Below, piece after piece: positions 25,794 through 35,294 of a stretch of DNA of 64,000 bases; the stretch's first letter is position 1, and the number at the start of each line of letters is the position of its first letter. The position numbers were made by a program, and so were the translations under genes. Origin of the DNA: Oikopleura dioica (lineage: Eukaryota > Animalia > Chordata); assembly GCA_907165135.1 (NCBI GenBank), contig OU015569.1, forward strand, positions 4,650,001 through 4,714,000, written 5' to 3'. The notes beneath the pieces were generated by a model. It ran no database searches, was not told the origin of the DNA, and saw nothing but the letters and a program-made list of their open reading frames with translations.

Positions 25794-28700
25794 TCAAGCC
25801 CATTTTTAATAAAAAGCCAGGGACGGGGCTGAGACGGCCCTTCGGGCCGTCAAACCCATTTTTAATAAAAAGCCAGGGACGGGGCTGAGACGGCCCTTCG
25901 GGCCGTCAAACCCATTTTTAATAAAAAGCCAGGGACGGGGCTGAGACGGCCCTTCGGGCCGTCAAACCCATTTTTAATAAAAAGCCAGGGACGGGGCTGA
26001 GACGGCCCTTCGGGCCGTCAAACCCATTTTTAATAAAAAGCCAGGGACGGGGCTGAGACGGCCCTTCGGGCCGTCAAACCCATTTTTAATAAAAAGCCAG
26101 GGACGGGGCTGAGACGGCCCTTCGGGCCGTCAAACCCATTTTTAATAAAAAGCCAGGGACGGGGCTGAGACGGCCCTTCGGGCCGTCAAACCCATTTTTA
26201 ATAAAAAGCCAGGGACGGGGCTGAGACGGCCCTTCGGGCCGTCAAACCCATTTTTAATAAAAAGCCAGGGACGGGGCTGAGACGGCCCTTCGGGCCGTCA
26301 AACCCATTTTTAATAAAAAGCCAGGGACGGGGCTGAGACGGCCCTTCGGGCCGTCAAACCCATTTTTAATAAAAAGCCAGGGACGGGGCTGAGACGGCCC
26401 TTCGGGCCGTCAAACCCATTTTTAATAAAAAGCCAGGGACGGGGCTGAGACGGCCCTTCGGGCCGTCAAACCCATTTTTAATAAAAAGCCAGGGACGGGG
26501 CTGAGACGGCCCTTCGGGCCGTCAAACCCATTTTTAATAAAAAGCCAGGGACGGGGCTGAGACGGCCCTTCGGGCCGTCAAACCCATTTTTAATAAAAAG
26601 CCAGGGACGGGGCTGAGACGGCCCTTCGGGCCGTCAAACCCATTTTTAATAAAAAGCCAGGGACGGGGCTGAGACGGCCCTTCGGGCCGTCAAACCCATT
26701 TTTAATAAAAAGCCAGGGACGGGGCTGAGACGGCCCTTCGGGCCGTCAAACCCATTTTTAATAAAAAGCCAGGGACGGGGCTGAGACGGCCCTTCGGGCC
26801 GTCAAACCCATTTTTAATAAAAAGCCAGGGACGGGGCTGAGACGGCCCTTCGGGCCGTCAAACCCATTTTTAATAAAAAGCCAGGGACGGGGCTGAGACG
26901 GCCCTTCGGGCCGTCAAACCCATTTTTAATAAAAAGCCAGGGACGGGGCTGAGACGGCCCTTCGGGCCGTCAAACCCATTTTTAATAAAAAGCCAGGGAC
27001 GGGGCTGAGACGGCCCTTCGGGCCGTCAAACCCATTTTTAATAAAAAGCCAGGGACGGGGCTGAGACGGCCCTTCGGGCCGTCAAACCCATTTTTAATAA
27101 AAAGCCAGGGACGGGGCTGAGACGGCCCTTCGGGCCGTCAAACCCATTTTTAATAAAAAGCCAGGGACGGGGCTGAGACGGCCCTTCGGGCCGTCAAACC
27201 CATTTTTAATAAAAAGCCAGGGACGGGGCTGAGACGGCCCTTCGGGCCGTCAAACCCATTTTTAATAAAAAGCCAGGGACGGGGCTGAGACGGCCCTTCG
27301 GGCCGTCAAACCCATTTTTAATAAAAGCCAGGGACGGGGCTGAGACGGCCCTTCGGGCCGTCAAACCCATTTTTAATAAAAAGCCAGGGACGGGGCTGAG
27401 ACGGCCCTTCGGGCCGTCAAACCCATTTTTAATAAAAAGCCAGGGACGGGGCTGAGACGGCCCTTCGGGCCGTCAAACCCATTTTTAATAAAAAGCCAGG
27501 GACGGGGCTGAGACGGCCCTTCGGGCCGTCAAACCCATTTTTAATAAAAAGCCAGGGACGGGGCTGAGACGGCCCTTCGGGCCGTCAAACCCATTTTTAA
27601 TAAAAAGCCAGGGACGGGGCTGAGACGGCCCTTCGGGCCGTCAAACCCATTTTTAATAAAAAGCCAGGGACGGGGCTGAGACGGCCCTTCGGGCCGTCAA
27701 ACCCATTTTTAATAAAAAGCCAGGGACGGGGCTGAGACGGCCCTTCGGGCCGTCAAACCCATTTTTAATAAAAAGCCAGGACGGCTGAGACGGCCCTTCG
27801 GGCCGTCAAACCCATTTTTAATAAAAAGCCAGGGACGGGGCTGAGACGGCCCTTCGGGCCGTCAAACCCATTTTTAATAAAAAGCCAGGGACGGGGCTGA
27901 GACGGCCCTTCGGGCCGTCAAACCCATTTTTAATAAAAAGCCAGGGACGGGGCTGAGACGGCCCTTCGGGCCGTCAAACCCATTTTTAATAAAAAGCCAG
28001 GGACGGGGCTGAGACGGCCCTTCGGGCCGTCAAACCCATTTTTAATAAAAAGCCAGGGACGGCTGAGACGGCCCTTCGGGCCGTCAAACCCATTTTTAAT
28101 AAAAAGCCAGGGACGGGGCTGAGACGGCCCTTCGGGCCGTCAAACCCATTTTTAATAAAAAGCCAGGGACGGGGCTGAGACGGCCCTTCGGGCCGTCAAA
28201 CCCATTTTTAATAAAAAGCCAGGGACGGGGCTGAGACGGCCCTTCGGGCCGTCAAACCCATTTTTAATAAAAAGCCAGGGACGGGGCTGAGACGGCCCTT
28301 CGGGCCGTCAAACCCATTTTTAATAAAAAGCCAGGGACGGGGCTGAGACGGCCCTTCGGGCCGTCAAACCCATTTTTAATAAAAAGCCAGGGACGGGGCT
28401 GAGACGGCCCTTCGGGCCGTCAAACCCATTTTTAATAAAAGCCAGGGACGGGGCTGAGACGGCCCTTCGGGCCGTCAAACCCATTTTTAATAAAAAGCCA
28501 GGGACGGGGCTGAGACGGCCCTTCGGGCCGTCAAACCCATTTTTAATAAAAAGCCAGGGACGGGGCTGAGACGGCCCTTCGGGCCGTCAAACCCATTTTT
28601 AATAAAAAGCCAGGGACGGGGCTGAGACGGCCCTTCGGGCCGTCAAACCCATTTTTAATAAAAAGCCAGGGACGGGGCTGAGACGGCCCTTCGGGCCGTC

Positions 28701-29224
28701 AAACCCATTTTTAATAAAAAGCCAGGGACGGGGCTGAGACGGCCCTTCGGGCCGTCAAGCCCATTTTTAATAAAAAGCCAGGGACGGGGCTGAGACGGCC
28801 CTTCGGGCCGTCAAACCCATTTTTAATAAAAAGCCAGGGACGGGCTGAGACGGCCCTTCGGACCGTCAAACCCATTTTTAATAAAAAGCCAGGGACGGGG
28901 CTGAGACGGCCCTTCGGGCCGTCAAGCCCATTTTTAATAAAAGCCAGGGACGGGGCTGAGACGGCCCTTCGGGCCGTCAAGCCCATTTTTAATAAAAGCC
29001 AGGGACGGGGCTGAGACGGCCCTTCGGGCCGTCAAGCCCATTTTTAATAAAAAGCCAGGGACGGGGCTGAGACGGCCCTTCGGGCCGTCAAGCCCATTTT
29101 TAATAAAAAGCCAGGGACGGGGCTGAGACGGCCCTTTGGGCCGTCAAGCCCATTTTTAATAAAAAGCCAGGGACGGGGCTGAGACGGCCCTTCGGGCCGT
29201 CAAGCCCATTTTTAATAAAAAGCC
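25794..29224. repeat. Tandem minisatellite 1, 56-bp unit, about 61 copies, each with a hairpin
   Basis: Unit AATAAAAAGCCAGGGACGGGGCTGAGACGGCCCTTCGGGCCGTCAAACCCATTTTT. Period 56 verified (starts at 25864, 25920, 25976). Contains the 8-bp stem GACGGCCC-TTC-GGGCCGTC. Confidence 0.98.
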
Positions 29225-30333
29225 AAAGGGCTAAACCGCGATTTTAACCGCCCGGTTCAGTGCGGTTGACCGCGGTTCATATTTTGTTCGACTCGAAATT
29301 TCATAGGAAGTCGATTGATACCCATATTAGGGGTATTCTAAGGTCATAAGGGGCTGAACCGCGATTTACCGCGAGTTTAACCGGCCGGTTCAAAAAATTC
29401 GACCGGTGGAAAATTTTCTATTTGGCCAAGGATCATCCTCCAATTTAAATTTTGAAGATACCTCAAGCCAAAAAAAAGTTATAAAAATGCTGACCTAAAA
29501 AAAAGCTGGTCATTGATGCCCCACACCGGTAAAATGGCTTGATGATCATTTTCTTAGTCCGAATTAATTGCTAGTCAGACTTTTGCTTTTTTCAATGCAA
29601 GTAGAAGTTCTGAAATCTTCTATTCGCCCACCCTTACTTTCCTAAACGCTGTTTCTAGGACTTACACTGAAATAAAATGATAATCGTTCAAAATTTCGAA
29701 GTTTCTCTAAGTCGGTTTATTTCGGATTAGTTTGAACGTTCACGATTGGCTTAATTAATTTCGCCCTGTGCAAAAATATCCCCTTCTAGAGAGTTTACCG
29801 ATGTCTGCTCGAGTTCTTCCTCTCCCTGACCATTTTCCCACTTCTCTGATCGAATGTTTTTACGCAATTTTTGACCTAGATAATAAAAAATATTCCAATT
29901 GTCTAGTGAGTAGTCGTAAAATTCAGGCCTACTTCAGTATGAAGTTTTGTTTGGCGCATTCTGACTAGATGACTCATCAAATTAAGAAAGGGCTCATTGT
30001 TCTTGCGCGGATGATTGTTTCCGCTACTCCAATTTATATTTAATATAATTCCTGTCATTTCTTACGTACCTTTATTAAAAAACCAAAAATCTCTCTCCTC
30101 TTGGAAATTAAAGATGAACTTCGAGTTGTCATCGTCGGTCATGGGGGATGATATTTACTTGTTTGATTAAACTTGGGGAATTAAACCAGGTCCACAATGG
30201 GGACCTTTTTCGAAGCTATCATGCGTTCATTGTTAGCTTAGGCTAGTTTGAAATATCTAAGCGAGTATTTTTCCATTTTTTTGAAATGGAAAAGCCGTTT
30301 GAAAACAACTTTTATACGAAAAAATCGGCAAAA

Positions 30334-32754
30334 ATGGACCTCTTACCTGTATCTCGAGCAAGAGTGATTCTGAGCGGGATCCTTGCTCTAAAGCTCGTCT
30401 TGAATGCTTGCTATCAGTCAATTTCGTTGATAAGGATTAATTTCTCACAGTCGTGGCAGCAGCAAAGAATGGAATATTACCAGAGAGGGGCGAAATTTCA
30501 AGTGTGTTTTTGAGCTGCATTCAGCTGTGAATCTTGAACTTGGAGATTGGGCCCTTTCTTTTGATCTCAAAGCCAATTGCTCCCGCGGTGTATTTGATCA
30601 TTTTAAAACGAAACTGATGATTTTACTTTTGCATTGAAGGTCAATAAATAAAGACGTTCAGAAATAACCTTTCCCTGATCATGGCAATATTCGCTTACTG
30701 TATCCAACAGTAAGCTGTTTCCTAATTGAAGAAGGTATTCTTGATCAAGAATTATCATTTTATCCAATATATAAGCCAGTTTTAAGCTCTATGCCGTCAA
30801 TGAATGTAGATAAAACTTCCGATACCGAAATTCTAGTGCCAGGTCGCACATTCTGACCTTGACTAGCCGTGGAACTCGCCCTGCGGGAAGGCAATGGCTC
30901 CTTCTTTTTAGCGCGGCAAAATACTTCCAGCCTTGGCTTAATTCTGTAAGAGAAGAATTTCAACACGTGTGATGGAAACAGGATAGAAGTGGGAGAATGA
31001 GCAGGTCACCTAGGCGCAAACTGATAGTGTGCATCGCGTACTTCTACGCTGGAGTGGCAGGCACCGTCTACGCCTTGCGCATAAGGAAAGGTCACTGACT
31101 CTTTGATTAGCACTTGATTGCGCGATTATCAAACGTGTAGCTTTCGAGCAATGTCAGAACCCAGGAAAGACGTGATGGCCGCGGAGTTCTCGGACAAGGT
31201 AGAGTTCATCAAGCTATCAAATTAGTGCGAAAAAGACACTGCTAAAATGCCGTAGCTCTAATTGAATCTCATTGAACTCAATTCAAGGCGACTCACGACC
31301 CTCTGTCATCAAAGCTATCGGCCTTGCCCAGGAGGCGGATGAAGCAGAAGAAGATGTTGACCCATCGGGTCAGAAGAATATGATTCTAGCGATCTCGGTC
31401 ATCATTGCATTCGTCTTTGCCGTAGCTGGCATATTCATCGGCGTTTATTTCAGAATCGAGCGCTTTTTGAAATGCATCGACAGGTAAATTTCAAAAACGA
31501 TAAAAGAGCGGCTAAATACTGTATCTCAAGAATCGGGGGAACCTCAGAACTAGAAAGGCCGCTCTTAGACGACGACACTAAGTCTATCATTGGCGATGAT
31601 GCGATGAGTACACTGAAGACTCAGAATGAGACTGGCTTCGTTCACTCATGCCCCGCAGAGTCGTATCCAATGAAGAAACAAATCTATGAAAAGGTAAAAT
31701 TTTCAAGATTAATTCGCACAAAAACATTTTCAGGCAAATCGCACGCCTCATGTTGCCCGACGTTCAATCGGACCAGATCTTCCTCAAGCAGATCCGCTTA
31801 TGATAGGTACAGTTTTATTTCGCTACTGTTATCTAATAATTCTTATAGCAACACCAATGACACGGAGAAAGCGAGAAGGATCCATCGCTGGAGACACGAT
31901 GTCGCTCGCTTCGTTCAAGTCCGAATCAGGCCGGTCTATCCGGTCTATGTTCTCAGCCCGATCTATTGGAGCGAAATCATTTGGCTCAATGTTTTCAGCC
32001 ACCTCAAAGGACTCGAAATCCTCTTCAGCTCTCAGAAACAAGATTAAGTACGACGTTGAGTTTTACCTTCAATTTTACTGACAATTTTTAAAGCATGTAT
32101 CGAAAAATGCGCCAGGATAGGAAAAAATTCAAAGACGATGATACTGGTTCCGTTATTTCCGAGGCCAGATCACAAAGATCCATGGTCATCGACGGAAGTT
32201 CCGTAAGACAAATAGCTTACATATGAGACTATTTTTCATCTCAATATTTTAGCGATCAGTTTCTGGCTCAAGCAGACATCGCGGAAAACGAGGAAGCAAG
32301 ACCGAAGAACATTCAGGAGCTTCAGCTGGTTCTAACTTTGGCAATCGACCACAGGCAAGTTTTTAATCGAGCTAGCAAGTTCCTTAAAATTGATGACCCC
32401 CGACTGTGGGAAGCCACCCTGCCCTTCGTAATAAAATGAGCGATGAGTTACCTGTCTGGGAACGTTAAGCAACTGCTTCACGGATAAATTATATAATGAT
32501 TTCAGGAGGATGACGTGATGTCGATGAGATCCGCTCGATCGACGGCTTCACGAGCGTCCAAGGTGTCGCGTCGTTCCACAACATCCGTGACGTCGAAGAA
32601 ATCTACGATGTCACTGAAATCGCTGCGGTCAAAGAAGACGAAAGAGGAACCCGCGCAAACCGAGTTCTTGAACTTCGGGAGTTACGTCCAGCAAGAATAC
32701 AATGACGATCATCAAGATGAGCCGGCTGCTGGCAACTCGGATATGCTCTTCTAA
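30334..32754 (+). CDS. Uncharacterised single-pass membrane protein with a long Ser/Arg-rich cytoplasmic tail
   Basis: Signal-like MDLLPVSRARVILSGILALKLVLNA spliced to HRGSSKEWNITREGRNFKCVFEL. TM segment MILAISVIIAFVFAVAGIFIGVYF at 31.4 kb. GT-AG-linked S/R-rich exons run to 32754. The exon path between 30.6 and 31.3 kb is unresolved. Confidence 0.6.
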
Positions 32755-32950
32755 GCTGACCCTTATCCAATCCTGTAATTGTATATTTCAACGATGAGAA
32801 TACTTTACAGCTACAAATCTTTTGGTTCATTTTCGAGCACTAGCGACTGACAGATATTCTAATTCATATTTTTGTTCCATGTCCAATTTATATACTGCAT
32901 CTACCAATATTGCCATCGAAATAAACTGCATGATATAATACTGACACGAC

Positions 32951-35263
32951 ATGTTGCGATTAATTCCAAGATCGACATTGCATTTAATCCATTCTTTGTG
33001 TCCATGTCCGTGCATTTACGCATTCGCAAGCAAGAGGAATCACGCAGAAAATTGTGCCGAAAAGGATTCAATGAAAAATGCATATGGGTAGGGTGAATAA
33101 GTTCACCGAAGCCTAATACTTTCCGTTGGCATTCGTCTTACCCTCGCATTAAGAGAAATGGGCTACAACTTTGAGATGGGACCCAACGGCCTCGCAATGG
33201 TTTTTAATAAAGAAAATCATCTCATAAGAAGACTTCTGTGGCTAGTTGTTGTTGTTTTTGGCTTGTTTTATTCCGCCCAGAATGTTTACAAAAATAGCAT
33301 ACGGTAACAATGCCGTACTTTTATTCATTATCGTGTTTTTTTAAAGATATCTGTCTTATGCAAGCAGTAGGAAGCCAGTCGCTTCATCGGGAGTAATTCA
33401 TAATACCGATGAACACACGGAGGACTCTTTCGGTCTCGGATTTCCGAAAGTTGTTGTTTGGAAAGGCTGATTTTGATTATAGCCATTCCTATTCAGCTAG
33501 ATCTTTTAACTTCAAAATCTTTCTGAGTTTAAATTCAATGCATTCGATGACAAAGCTGCGAGATTACCACAAAAAGCAAGTAGAAATTGGAAAGACATCA
33601 GCAACGATTGAAGGTGTTCTATTTTCAATTGCTTTAGAAAAAACTTCTAGCCTTTTTGCATTCCATGGCACTTTACTATGTTGGAGATTCCACTGGTGAG
33701 GTGGAGACCAAATTGAATATCAACTACTCTGATTTTGAAAGGGTTACGAATATGATTTCGCACAAATATTTCGAAAATAAACCCGGCAAAGATGAAATAG
33801 ACATAGCGGACCTCTACCGTGAGACCTATCCAACGTTGCAGATAACAATTTGTCAGGTATTCCCATGCATCAAATACCTGAATCATCTTCTAGGTCGGAG
33901 AGACTGACTGCCAGAAATCGTGGAGAATTGAGAAGACTCACTATGGGTCTCGGTTAATGCTGGTTATCAGACAACCTGAATGTGAAAGGCATTAACCCTG
34001 GTCAAGAATGTGCCAAGTTCTCAAAATAGCAGACATGCCCGAGCATCAACGAACGAAGGCTGTTCAAGGACGGCTGAAATTCATCACGACAACGATCAAA
34101 TACAACGTTTCCGACTGGGCATTTGGATGGCAGCAGCATATAGGAAAGATCGAGAACGTAGACACGGTGTGAAAACCACTATGAAATCGATCATCGTTAA
34201 GATGGACTGACGCTGTATGTTGCTGAAGATACAGACGAAGTGATTAATGAAGCATCGGGCATGAAACTGAACTTAGTATTGGGTTTCGAAGTTCAAATAA
34301 TTATGCGCAGCGAACTTCTTTGAACCCTTCTACAGAAAGTATCGGTTACATAGGTTATCAAGATAAATGGTATTTTAAGCTGAAAAGATAATTAAGACTA
34401 TAAAAGATTCCATACACGTCTACTTGGACGACCATACTCAGATTGCGTCCCCTCGGAGAACACAATGGATTTCTTCAATAAATACAGAAGGTGAAGCTGT
34501 CCTCTCCAAGAAAATCATATTTTCAGAGACCACTGTCTTTTCGAATGCATGGCCAAAGAGATCATTAAAAACTGCGAATGCATACCAGGAAAAGTGATCA
34601 GTTTTGAATCTTGGCTACACAAACAAAATTAACGACTCTCCAAAGCTCTTTTCACGGTGAAGGAGATAAACGTCTCGACGTGTACTTTGAAGCAAGGTAA
34701 ATTTTCCGAATGACAGATCGTTATAGAATTGCATTCAGCCACAGTCTGCGCAACTCCTCAGTACTTCCAATTCAATTACAATAAGTGCAACTGCTTGCCA
34801 TCGTGCAACAAGAAAGATTTTACTATAAACTCGGTCCACTATGGAAAGTGGCGGGAATCAATGAGGAGATCGCATCTCATTTCTGGCTCCGCCTCCTTCA
34901 CACTTTACGCATCTGAGCAGGAAAGGAAGAGTGAACTGCGAATTTTACGATGATGCAAAGACTCGACCTTTTAATAGGATGAAATCGTGTATCAAGAAGA
35001 GCCGGATTATCCTTTCCACTCTTTTATTAGCGATATTGGTGGTGCTACAGGGGTGATTCTTGGAATGTCGCTAGTTACAGTAATTAGTTGAGTCAATACT
35101 GATTGTATTTATCTTGACATGTTCCGATTAAGGCAGCCTGGAGTACTTTGTCGCGCGAGCATGGCGCTTTATCGCTAGTCTCTACATCTCAAAGGGAGAA
35201 ACAAAGAAAAATAGAAGAATCAAAAGCTCGCACTCACAAACGGAAGTTTTCGCCACTCTGTGA
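32951..35263 (+). CDS. DEG/ENaC/ASIC-family ion channel subunit
   Basis: TM1 RRLLWLVVVVFGLFY, FPKVVVC-LNSM, THYG-MC, Cys-rich ectodomain (CLFECM, NCECIPG, CNCLPSC), TM2 SFISDIGGATGVILGMSLVT. The start codon is tentative. Confidence 0.9.
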
Positions 35264-35294
35264 TCTTTTAATAATAAAAAATGGCGCGTTTATT

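Larger units (their letters stand above)
25184..29511. mobile_element. Foldback-like element B with ~280-bp TIRs carrying a 56-bp minisatellite
   Basis: 25184-25464 is a near-perfect inverse of 29225-29511. ATT flanks both ends (25181-25183, 29512-29514). The TIR is built from palindromic subrepeats (CCGCGG, ACCGGCCGGT), with a further partial subrepeat at about 25470-25595. Confidence 0.9.
24784..29607. mobile_element. Outer foldback MITE (element A, about 490 bp without the insert), split by element B
   Basis: Left arm 24784-25006 is an imperfect inverted copy of right arm 25057-25183 plus 29515-29607 (e.g. TTGTAGGGACCGTAGCAATCAACGCACAG pairs with CTGTGCGTTGATTGCTACGGTCCCTACAA; GCAAAAGTCCGACTAG pairs with CTAGTCAGACTTTTGC). 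50-bp spacer. Candidate TTC TSD at 24781-24783 and 29608-29610. Confidence 0.85.

Noticed and set aside
25847-25863. CCCATTTTT in the repeat unit as spliced-leader RNA sequence
   Set aside because: Only a 9-mer matches the Oikopleura SL as I recall it, with no donor site or Sm site following.
27320-28850. Units with 1-2-base deletions (e.g. GGACGGCTG near 27781 and 28060) as real variants
   Set aside because: All fall in homopolymer runs, as expected of long-read consensus errors. This cannot be judged without reads.
28711-28986. ORF 28711-28986 (-), 91 aa
   Set aside because: It is only a translation of the minisatellite, opened by single-base indels.
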